Program-made: the position numbers and the translations under genes
Notes under the pieces: generated by a model
Told to the model about the DNA's origin: nothing
Database searches by the model: none
Seen by the model: only the letters and a program-made list of their open reading frames with translations
IMG/VR virus record: IMGVR_UViG_3300044632_001706
Location: 1-27,463 of that record
DNA: 27,463 bases
From: a virus
Taxonomy: Duplodnaviria > Caudoviricetes
Strand: one strand, 5' to 3'
Shown: positions 5,368 to 13,637 of the stretch, piece after piece
How positions within the stretch are numbered: the stretch's first letter is position 1
How the letters are laid out: the number at the start of each line of letters is the position of its first letter

Positions 5368-5440
5368 GTATTTCTCCTTGATTGTTTGTGGTGTTGGTGC
5401 AATATAGTAAGAACAAGTTAAAATAACGTAAGCACAACGC

Positions 5441-5881
5441 ATGGTTGATTTTATGGATGAAAAAAAACCATCTAAGTCAAAGAAAAAGAAGCTCACGCCA
5501 AAACAAGAAAAGTTTGCTAGGAATGTTGCAAGTGGCATGAAGCAAGTCGATGCTTATCGTGATGCTTACGACACAAAAACAACGAACAAAAACACCCAAA
5601 GAGTCAAAGCATTGCACGAAACCCGAAAGGATAACGTCGCGGCTATGATACAAGAACTTAAGGCAAGAGCCGAGCAAGGCGTTGTTTGGACTCGCCAGAT
5701 GGCCGCTGAGGCATTGTTAGAGGCAGCCGATATAGCTAGACGCCAAAACCACTCACAAGGCATGACAGGGGCTTTAAAAGAGCTAAACGCGATGTATGGG
5801 TTCAATGAGGCTGTCAAGTTAAACATAGGTGGGCAGAAAGACAATCCGATCATTGTTGCCCCTGATGAGAGAGACCTTTGA
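5441..5881 (+). CDS. terS: Terminase small subunit
   Basis: LTPKQEKFA...G...DAYRDAY HTH start and ALKELNAMYG; directly upstream of terL. Confidence 0.92.
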   Translation: MVDFMDEKKPSKSKKKKLTPKQEKFARNVASGMKQVDAYRDAYDTKTTNKNTQRVKALHETRKDNVAAMIQELKARAEQGVVWTRQMAAEALLEAADIARRQNHSQGMTGALKELNAMYGFNEAVKLNIGGQKDNPIIVAPDERDL

Positions 5882-7146
5882 TGCTTATTGCGTGGACGGA
5901 TAAGCAAAAGGAAGCCTTAAAGCTGCTGGGAAGCGATGCAAAGCATGTCATGCTTTATGGTGGCTCAAGATCGGGTAAGACGTTCCTTTTAATGCATACG
6001 GTCTTTCTTAGGGCTTTGAAGTATCCTGGCACACGTCACGCCATTATTAGGCAGACACAGACAGCAGCAAGGCGTTCGTTGTGGCTTGGCACTGTGCAGG
6101 ATGTGATAGCCAGTCGATATGCGAATGTCGCGCTGAGAGTAAACAAGACAGAGATGACGGTGACCTTTCCCAATGGGTCGATGATTGAGATCATGGGCGT
6201 GGATGAAGGCGCGAAAGAGAAGATGCTGGGGAATGAATACACCACCATATACTTCAACGAATGCAGCGAGATGATGTTTAGCACCGTGTCCTTCATGTAT
6301 TCACGGTTGAGCCAAAAGAGCGCGGCCAAGAACAAGTTCTTTTATGACCAAAACCCGCCGCATATCTCGCACTGGTCTTTTCCCATGTTCGTGCAGGGCA
6401 TGAACTACTACACCAAGGAAAAGCACGTCACGCCTGGTGATTATGTTTCCCTAGTGCTTAATCCTAGCGATAATGTGCAAAACATATCCAGCGATTATAT
6501 CCAGCAGTTAATGGAGAACATGAATGAACAGCAGAAACAGCGGTTTATCTTTGGCCAGTTTGCTACAGACCCCGATGAAAAGACTGTGTTCACCAACTGG
6601 ACGATACAATCCTTTGAGACTGACCCTGATGCTGTGTTCCAATTTGGCTGTGACTTTGGGTTTAGCGTTGACCCCACGGTCCTGATACGCTGCTATCTCA
6701 AAGAGCGCACGTTATACATTGACCAAGAGCTTGTACTCAAACAGTGTGAGACAATAGACTTGCCTAAGATGTTTCTGAGCATACCAGAGAGCCAACGGTA
6801 TATCATTGTGGCGGATTCATCACGGCCTGAGACCATATCGCACATGAAAAGGCACGGATTCCCTAAGATGATGCCTAGCCTCAAGGGCAAGAACAGCGTG
6901 ATTGAGGGTGTAGAGTTGCTAAAGGGATACAGGATTGTTGTGCATCCACGGTGTGAAGAGACGATAAACGAACTGTCCTTTTATAGCTATGCAACGGATA
7001 AAGACAGCGGTAAGGTATTGCCTGAGATAGCAAAAGGGCAAGATGACCATTGCATTGACGCTTTAAGGTATGCGTGCGAAGGATTTAGTAAGGTGGCATC
7101 ACGTCAGATGCAATATGCAGCCCCTAGCAGAAGGATGATGGTTTAA
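5881..7146 (+). CDS. terL: Terminase large subunit, PBSX/SPP1-like
   Basis: Walker A GGSRSGKT, Walker B IYFNE, DQNP coupling motif, nuclease motifs GCDFGFSVDPT, ADSSRPETI, DHCIDALRYA; TGATG overlap with terS. Confidence 0.97.
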   Translation: MLIAWTDKQKEALKLLGSDAKHVMLYGGSRSGKTFLLMHTVFLRALKYPGTRHAIIRQTQTAARRSLWLGTVQDVIASRYANVALRVNKTEMTVTFPNGSMIEIMGVDEGAKEKMLGNEYTTIYFNECSEMMFSTVSFMYSRLSQKSAAKNKFFYDQNPPHISHWSFPMFVQGMNYYTKEKHVTPGDYVSLVLNPSDNVQNISSDYIQQLMENMNEQQKQRFIFGQFATDPDEKTVFTNWTIQSFETDPDAVFQFGCDFGFSVDPTVLIRCYLKERTLYIDQELVLKQCETIDLPKMFLSIPESQRYIIVADSSRPETISHMKRHGFPKMMPSLKGKNSVIEGVELLKGYRIVVHPRCEETINELSFYSYATDKDSGKVLPEIAKGQDDHCIDALRYACEGFSKVASRQMQYAAPSRRMMV

Positions 7147-9413
7147 TGGCTAAGTTAAAAGATGATGATGTGATTGGTATTGTGCAGTCCTATTGGGGTG
7201 ACATTGGGCAATATAACACCGACTTGACTAGAGAGAGGACGTTAGGTCTTAAGTATTACAACCGTGATTTGTTTGGCGGTGAGAAAGAGGGATGGAGTCA
7301 GTTTGTATCCTCTGATGTCTTTGATGCTGTGGAGTGGACGTTAGCAGAGTGCATGGACATATACTTTAGCACCTCACCCATTGGATCGTTTGTGGCTGAG
7401 AACATGAACGATATACAGGCGGCGGAGCAAGAAACGAAGATGGTGAAAACCATTATCGAAGAGCAGAACAATGGGTTCTTGTTGTTCTATACGTGGTTAA
7501 AGGATGCTTTGATTCAAAAGAATGGGATTGTCAAAGTTTATTGGGACGATGTGGTCAACAAAGAACGCGAGACGTATAAGATGCAATCGTTTCAGGCGTT
7601 TGCGGCCTTGATGAATGATAAGGACGTAGAGGTTAAGGCGGTTACGGCGTTTCTTGGTGAGCAAGAGTTATCTATTGATGAGATTCAGATGATGCCGCCT
7701 GAGATGGTGATGATGGCGCGGTTTGATGTGGATTGTGTTAGAAAGAGTGATGTGTCGCAGGTTCGTATTGAGTGCATACAGCCTGAAAACTTTTTTGTGG
7801 ATAAGACGCATTCGAGTTTAAATCTTGATGATGCTATGTTTGTCGCAGAGCGTGTGTATGCGCGTCGTTCTGATTTGGTGGCGGCTGGCTATAGTTTGGA
7901 AAAGATTGATCGTGTACCTAAAACAACGATTTTGTTTAATTCCGAAGAAGAACGGGCGAGAGATTCTGATCGTTTAAATTCGTTTCAGAATGTTGGAGCG
8001 GGCGATAAAAGCACGTTTACGGATCGCGTTGAGATTATGGAGACATACTTTCGTGCAGATGTTAAGAACAATGGGGATATGCGGTTATATCGTGCCATTG
8101 TTGGTGGAACATTTGGTTATGGACAAACTGGGAATGGTGTGACTGTGGTGTTGGAATGTGAGGAGGCGGATTCGATTCCTTACTGCGCATTGTCACCAAA
8201 CATTGTGCCTCATAGGTTTTGGGGTATTTCCAAGTATGACGAGATTGGGGATATTCAGCGGTATAAGAGTACTTTGTTGCGTGGTACGTTGAACAACATG
8301 ATGCAGCATAATGCGCCTGTGACGATTGTTCCTGATACGACGGGATTGGATACAAAGATGCTGGCGGATGCTGATCCTGGGGGTGTGATTCCAGCGGCAA
8401 ATACGGAAGGCATAATGCCGTTGAACGTGGAGTATGTGGCGGACAAGAACATACCTATATTGGGGCTGTTGGACGAGTTAGCGGAGCGTCGCACGGGTAT
8501 ATCGAAGGTGACGCAGGGGTTGGACCCAGCGGCATTATCGGAGAGTACGCAGTTTGTGGGTGCAAGTATTTTAAATGCGTCTCAGAAGAAATTAAAGAAC
8601 ATTGTGCGTATCTTTGCTGAGACTGGCATTAAGTCTTTGTATTTAAAGACGCATGAGTTACTTAGGAAGTATGCTAAAGATTCTATGATCTTGCGTGATT
8701 CGGGTAAGTATTACGAGGTTGATCCTAGGGAGTGGAGAAAGCGGAAGTCTTTTGACATTACGGTGGGCACGGGTCGGACGGATAAGGAAGCGAAGGTTTT
8801 AGCGTTGCAGGGTGTTTTAGCGTTGCAGCAGAACATAGCGGCGCAGGGTTTGATGAACAATCCTCTGTTAACGCCTCAGCATTTGTATAGGACAATGTCG
8901 GAGTTGGTGACGCTGTCTGGTTTGGGTGATGTAGAAAAGTACTTTGCAAATCCTGATGAGTTTCAGCCTGCGCCACCGCCGCCTGAGCCTATGGATAAGG
9001 CTATGGACATTGAAGAGGGAAGAGTGGCGGCGGATGCGGCTTATAAGGCGGGTTCGTTACAGGTTGAAGTCATGAAAGCGCAAATCTCTCTTCAGAAACT
9101 GGAACTTGAGAAAGCCAAGTTACTGATGGAACAGGGCAAAAAGATTGCGGATGAAGAGGCAAACCGTGCATTGATGATGGCTGAGCCGCCAGAGCAAGAG
9201 GAAGAGGAAGAAAAAAGTGATGATTCTGAAAAAGAAAGCAATATGGAAAAGCAGATGGCATCTGTGAGTGAGGCTATTTCAAAGATTGGGGATGCCATTA
9301 AGGAGTTTTCGGCTGCAAGTACGCAAAACACACAGAGTGCTTTATCTATGATACAGAAGCCAAAGCGCATTGTCCGTGAGAATGGTCGCGTTACGCGCAT
9401 TGAAACAGAGTAG
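7146..9413 (+). CDS. Portal protein (P22/SU10-like) with long C-terminal coiled-coil extension
   Basis: 755 aa after terL; SQFVSSDVFDAVEW, KDALIQKNGIVKVYW, PHRFWG, ERRTGIS, RIFAETG motifs. Confidence 0.93.
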   Translation: MAKLKDDDVIGIVQSYWGDIGQYNTDLTRERTLGLKYYNRDLFGGEKEGWSQFVSSDVFDAVEWTLAECMDIYFSTSPIGSFVAENMNDIQAAEQETKMVKTIIEEQNNGFLLFYTWLKDALIQKNGIVKVYWDDVVNKERETYKMQSFQAFAALMNDKDVEVKAVTAFLGEQELSIDEIQMMPPEMVMMARFDVDCVRKSDVSQVRIECIQPENFFVDKTHSSLNLDDAMFVAERVYARRSDLVAAGYSLEKIDRVPKTTILFNSEEERARDSDRLNSFQNVGAGDKSTFTDRVEIMETYFRADVKNNGDMRLYRAIVGGTFGYGQTGNGVTVVLECEEADSIPYCALSPNIVPHRFWGISKYDEIGDIQRYKSTLLRGTLNNMMQHNAPVTIVPDTTGLDTKMLADADPGGVIPAANTEGIMPLNVEYVADKNIPILGLLDELAERRTGISKVTQGLDPAALSESTQFVGASILNASQKKLKNIVRIFAETGIKSLYLKTHELLRKYAKDSMILRDSGKYYEVDPREWRKRKSFDITVGTGRTDKEAKVLALQGVLALQQNIAAQGLMNNPLLTPQHLYRTMSELVTLSGLGDVEKYFANPDEFQPAPPPPEPMDKAMDIEEGRVAADAAYKAGSLQVEVMKAQISLQKLELEKAKLLMEQGKKIADEEANRALMMAEPPEQEEEEEKSDDSEKESNMEKQMASVSEAISKIGDAIKEFSAASTQNTQSALSMIQKPKRIVRENGRVTRIETE

Positions 9414-9422
9414 CCTTTTAAA

Positions 9423-9938
9423 ATGTGGTCAAATCAGTATTGGGCAAAAACATACTGGGCAGGAAACTACTGGACACCGGCCATTACATCACCAAGCGTG
9501 CCTGCTGTTGGCGGCGGCACATTGGAAGCCAAAAGAAAACAAATACGGGAAAAACAAAGAAAAAGATGGGAGAAAGAAAGAGAGGTTCTTAGGTTTAGCG
9601 TTCGGAAAATAGAAGATCAAGAGTTACAAAGCATTGGACAAAAAATCATTGCGTTTGAACAGCCCAAAATTAAAAGGGTTGTCCGAAAACTTATTGATTA
9701 TTCTCAAAACATTGAAAAGTTTAAAGTTTTAGACTTAGAGATTAAACGGCTAGAAAAGGCATTAAAAACACAGCAAGTTTTTGAGGCCCAAGAAAAGCAA
9801 AAGCAAAAGGAATTACAGGATGCTTTGATGGCCCTTAAAGCTCTTTTAAAAGAAGATATGGAAATTATTGACATTTATTTGGAAATAGAACAAAAAGAAA
9901 CAATGGCACTACTAAGTGCTATGAGAGTTATACTTTAG
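9423..9938 (+). CDS. Hypothetical protein with N-terminal YW pentad repeat and charged coiled coil
   Basis: MWSNQYWAKTYWAGNYW, Pro/Gly linker, then K/E/Q-rich helix. Confidence 0.75.
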   Translation: MWSNQYWAKTYWAGNYWTPAITSPSVPAVGGGTLEAKRKQIREKQRKRWEKEREVLRFSVRKIEDQELQSIGQKIIAFEQPKIKRVVRKLIDYSQNIEKFKVLDLEIKRLEKALKTQQVFEAQEKQKQKELQDALMALKALLKEDMEIIDIYLEIEQKETMALLSAMRVIL

Positions 9939-9949
9939 AAACGGATTGT

Positions 9950-10183
9950 ATGGATTACGTTGCACTGTCAGATAAGGCTATGAAGGCAAGGGAGTTGTTA
10001 GATTGCCCTGTGTTTAAGTCTATCCTTACGGATGCGCGGATGTCCCTTGTGGATCAGATGATGTCATCAAAACCTGAAGAAACCGTCCTTAGAGAATCTT
10101 TTTATGCAAGAATCAAGGGTCTTGAATCAATTAACTTGATTCTTCAAGGGATTATCAATAAACACAATTCAACCAAGGATTAA
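9950..10183 (+). CDS. Small helical head-module protein
   Basis: 77 aa between portal and scaffold, a usual position in this phage type. Confidence 0.75.
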   Translation: MDYVALSDKAMKARELLDCPVFKSILTDARMSLVDQMMSSKPEETVLRESFYARIKGLESINLILQGIINKHNSTKD

Positions 10184-10187
10184 CATT

Positions 10188-11132
10188 ATGTCTATTGATT
10201 CTGCCATTGAAGCATACGAAAAAATGAAAAGTGAAGATGTTGCGGTTGCCGAGCCAGAAAAGGTTATTGAGCCCGCAAACGAAGACGTTGCTGTGGAAGA
10301 AAACAAAGAGCCGGAAGCGGCTGTAGAATCCCCTGAAAGCACTGAAGAGGTTGCGGTTGAGGATTCTAGTCCTGATGATTTGATAGAGTTTCAGGTTGGT
10401 GAAGAAACGAAGAAGGTGCCTTTGAGTGAGTTGGTGGCTTCTTATTCGGAAAAGCAGCAACCTAAGGATGTTGGGTTGCCGCAGGATGTTTTGGACATGA
10501 AACAGCAGCTAATTGAAAAGCTGGATGTGATGGAAAAAATCCTTTCTGATAATTCAGATGTTAGCGCGAGTCTTTCACAGGTGGATGCTTTGATTCGGCA
10601 GGCGGCGGCTGAAGATGATTGGACAGAGGTTGCTAAGTTGCAGTACCAAAAGCAATCTATTGAAGACCAAGCCAAGGCGCGGGGCGAAGCGTTGCGTAAA
10701 ATCCGAGAGGAAAAGCAGCAAGAGTCGAATCAATACAACGAGGCTTTTTTCAGAGAGCAACATAAAATTTTAGAAAAACGTGCGCCTGATTTGTTGAAAG
10801 ATAATGGTTTACAAAAGGTTGCTGAGTTTGTATCCAAAACTTATGACGTTCCTCAAAACATTGTGGCAGAGATAATGGATGCTCGGTTTTTTGTGATGGC
10901 TAAAGATGCAATGGCATACAATGACATGAAGATAAAATCCTCGGAGGTTTTGAAACCTGTGAAAGAGGCACCCAAGGTGATAAAGCGTTCTGTTGGCAAG
11001 GTGACGGTTACGGACAGCGATATTAAGCAATCCAACATTCGCACGTTGCGGGCTAATATACGAAATGCGTCCAGCCAATCAGAAAAGATCGACAATGTGG
11101 CGGCATTGTGGAGGACCCTAAAAACAAATTAA
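10188..11132 (+). CDS. Capsid scaffolding protein
   Basis: Acidic N-terminus, VGEETKKVPLSELVASY motif, coiled coil, basic C-terminus, immediately upstream of the capsid gene. Confidence 0.88.
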   Translation: MSIDSAIEAYEKMKSEDVAVAEPEKVIEPANEDVAVEENKEPEAAVESPESTEEVAVEDSSPDDLIEFQVGEETKKVPLSELVASYSEKQQPKDVGLPQDVLDMKQQLIEKLDVMEKILSDNSDVSASLSQVDALIRQAAAEDDWTEVAKLQYQKQSIEDQAKARGEALRKIREEKQQESNQYNEAFFREQHKILEKRAPDLLKDNGLQKVAEFVSKTYDVPQNIVAEIMDARFFVMAKDAMAYNDMKIKSSEVLKPVKEAPKVIKRSVGKVTVTDSDIKQSNIRTLRANIRNASSQSEKIDNVAALWRTLKTN

Positions 11133-11155
11133 CCTTTTAAAAGAAAGACAATCTT

Positions 11156-12097
11156 ATGCCTTTACCTACAAATGCTGTTGACACCTACACGGGTGCAACG
11201 TCCAACCGAGAGGCGTTTATTGACGCTATCTACAACGTATCCATGATGCAATGTCCGTTTTTGACGGAGATTTGCAAACGATCGACTACAACGGGGATAA
11301 CCCATCAGTGGCAAACGGTAACCTTGCGGGCACCTGCGGCCAACGCAAGAATTGATGGTGATGATGCTGCGACTTTGCAAAACACAGTTTCTGTGCGTCC
11401 GACAAACGTCACTCAGATCTCTACTTTGACAGCGGGTGTTTCTGGAACACAAGAAAGTGTCAACAAGGCGGGGAATAAAAGTGAGTATGCCAAGCAGGTT
11501 GCGTATGGGTATCAAAACCTTATGCGCGACATGGAGTTTATTTTGACGCAGAATCAGGCTCCTGCGGCGGGTGCAACCAACACGGCAAGACAGCTTCGTC
11601 CTTTGGAAGGTTGGTATTCTACCAATGTGTCTCGTGGTGCTACTGGTGCTAACGGAACAACAACGACGGCCGCCACGGATGGAACGCAACGTGCTTTTAC
11701 AAGAACTTTGTTTGAGACCGTTCAGCAGTCTATTTTTAACAATGCTGGTCCTGGTACCAAAACGGTTATGATGACAACTGGTCAAAAGATGGTGTTTGAA
11801 ACTTTTGATTGGTATTCAACAGTTAAGCGTCAAGACACATCGGACGGGCGTTTGACGGCGGCACTCGAGATCATTGCAACCTCTTTTGGTGAAGTGAAAG
11901 TTGTTTTGAATGCGTTTTCTCGTGCGCGGACGGTTCACATTTTGGATAACGACATGTGGGAAGTTCCGTTTTTGCGTGAATTGCAAGACGTTCCTTTGGC
12001 TAAAATTGGAGACAGTGAACGCTTTATGATTCTTGCAGAGTATACTTTGCAAGCCAGTAATGAGCGTGCCTCTGGCGTTATTGCAGACTTAACCTAA
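11156..12097 (+). CDS. Major capsid protein (DUF5309/SU10-like)
   Basis: NRE..DAIYNVS..PFL, HQWQT..L, N.TQI, VSGTQ, LAKIGDSE, EYTL...NE.ASG.IADL motifs. Confidence 0.93.
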   Translation: MPLPTNAVDTYTGATSNREAFIDAIYNVSMMQCPFLTEICKRSTTTGITHQWQTVTLRAPAANARIDGDDAATLQNTVSVRPTNVTQISTLTAGVSGTQESVNKAGNKSEYAKQVAYGYQNLMRDMEFILTQNQAPAAGATNTARQLRPLEGWYSTNVSRGATGANGTTTTAATDGTQRAFTRTLFETVQQSIFNNAGPGTKTVMMTTGQKMVFETFDWYSTVKRQDTSDGRLTAALEIIATSFGEVKVVLNAFSRARTVHILDNDMWEVPFLRELQDVPLAKIGDSERFMILAEYTLQASNERASGVIADLT

Positions 12098-12119
12098 ACA
12101 CAAACGAAAGGTTTTTTTT

Positions 12120-12254
12120 ATGGATAAGAAATCAACGAATCCTCCCGTTAAAGGCCGCAGTATGCCGAATAACGCGAAGAAACCAGGTCAGGAAAGTATG
12201 TTTGCGAAATGCAAGCCTACACCTATGGTTGACCCTAAGTTTAAAAAGAAGTAA
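12120..12254 (+). CDS. Lys/Pro-rich micropeptide (44 aa)
   Basis: Manual translation MDKKSTNPPVKGRSMPNNAKKPGQESMFAKCKPTPMVDPKFKKK; AAAGG SD; fills the gap between capsid gene and terminator. Confidence 0.7.
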   Translation: MDKKSTNPPVKGRSMPNNAKKPGQESMFAKCKPTPMVDPKFKKK

Positions 12255-12260
12255 TGGAGA

Positions 12261-12288
12261 GGGGGGGGGTCTTCCCTCCCCTTTTTTT
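12261..12288 (+). terminator. Intrinsic terminator after the capsid genes
   Basis: G9-TCTT-CCCTCCCC-T7. Confidence 0.8.
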
Positions 12289-12290
12289 GT

Positions 12291-12614
12291 ATGACAGAGA
12301 TTGTTAAAAGACAGGTTATAAACGGCATCAAAACAGATTTGGTTTTGGATGGTGACGATGTTCACGTTCATCGGTCTTATGTTGGCGATACGCAAAAAAA
12401 GATCAATGAATCGCGGCAGGATGCTCGTGATGCTAGTAAACGAATGTGGCATGGCAATAAAGATCATGTTCCTATGTTTCGTTTAGATGAATTGGAATTG
12501 GCTTTTATTCGTAAGCATTATGGTCATGACATTACAAAAGACGTGCCGGAATTGATACGGATTATAGAAAAGCATTTCCCACACGCAAAAGTTTTTCACG
12601 GGAGTATGGTGTGA
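12291..12614 (+). CDS. Hypothetical virion-module protein
   Basis: 107-aa ORF; GTGA overlap with next gene. Confidence 0.75.
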   Translation: MTEIVKRQVINGIKTDLVLDGDDVHVHRSYVGDTQKKINESRQDARDASKRMWHGNKDHVPMFRLDELELAFIRKHYGHDITKDVPELIRIIEKHFPHAKVFHGSMV

Positions 12615-12994
12615 CGATAAAACGCAGAAGGCGACCGCCTAGAATTATTAAAAACCAAGACGGTGAACACGTTTTGGTAGAAAACAAAGAGACGTTGCAA
12701 GACACATCAGACTCTGTTGATCCTTTTCAGGTTGATGAAAACGTTTTGCGGGACAATGATTTAGACTTTTCTTGCGTCAAAAACAAGAATGCGAGTGGGA
12801 TAGATTTTTCTGGGACAGACTTTAGTGGGTATGATATTCGTGGGTTTGTGTTTAATCGGTGTAACTTCACGGGATGTGATTTTACTGGATCATGTTTGCA
12901 GGGTGTGGTTTTTAAGGACTGTACGTTAAAAGACATTGTGACGACAGATGCCGATCTCAGATGGAGCAGTTTAGATGCCAGTTGCCATCAGTAG
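12611..12994 (+). CDS. Pentapeptide-repeat (beta-helix) protein with Arg-rich N-terminus
   Basis: IDFSG TDFSG YDIRG FVFNR CNFTG CDFTG SCLQG VVFKD CTLKD IVTTD ADLRW. Confidence 0.85.
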   Translation: MTIKRRRRPPRIIKNQDGEHVLVENKETLQDTSDSVDPFQVDENVLRDNDLDFSCVKNKNASGIDFSGTDFSGYDIRGFVFNRCNFTGCDFTGSCLQGVVFKDCTLKDIVTTDADLRWSSLDASCHQ

Positions 12995-13637
12995 TTATTC
13001 AGAGTTGGTTGCGGCCATTCGTCGGTATTTTCCTCGCAGTGACGATATAACGGCGGATATTGATCTGGCCATAGCCTTGTTTGAAAATTCTGTAGACACG
13101 TCGTTTTGGCCTCAAGAAAAGAAAAATGAAGTGTCGCTTTCGGTGACAACGGGGTCATCTACAGTAACATTGCCTTCGGATGTTTTAAGCGTTTATGATG
13201 CCACAATTTCTGGCAATCAGACGCTGCGGTCTGGGTCCTTAAAAGACATTCGGGAAGCGAGAATGACGGGATACCCTGGTAAACCAGAGGTTTATGCGGA
13301 AAAAATCACGCATAGCAACACCTCAAATACGGATGTTATAACAAGCGCGTTAGAATTTTATCCCACAAGTGATTCGGACTATACAATGGATGTTGTGTAT
13401 TGGATGAAACTGTTGCCATTAAGCAACACACAGACGACAAATTGGTTATTGAGGCTGGACCCATCTTTATATTTGTATGGGTCGTTAGCGCATATCCCGC
13501 CGCGATTTAGTGATGAAAATAAGATGGCGGCGTGGCAAGGGATGTTTGATCGTCGTTCTTCGGCATGGTTTAGCCGTGAGACTGTGAGAAAGACAATAAG
13601 TGAGCGTGTCGTTAGGCGTCCGGCAGGTCTTATATGA
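12975..13637 (+). CDS. Head-tail adaptor protein
   Basis: ISSYSEL.AAI, FYPTSD..Y, LSNTQTTNWLL..DP.LYLYGSL motifs; position. Confidence 0.85.
   Translation: MPVAISSYSELVAAIRRYFPRSDDITADIDLAIALFENSVDTSFWPQEKKNEVSLSVTTGSSTVTLPSDVLSVYDATISGNQTLRSGSLKDIREARMTGYPGKPEVYAEKITHSNTSNTDVITSALEFYPTSDSDYTMDVVYWMKLLPLSNTQTTNWLLRLDPSLYLYGSLAHIPPRFSDENKMAAWQGMFDRRSSAWFSRETVRKTISERVVRRPAGLI

Noticed and set aside
6244-6264. Terminase Walker B reads IYFNE rather than DE/EE
   Set aside because: NE variants occur in this terminase family and all other motifs are intact; not evidence of inactivation
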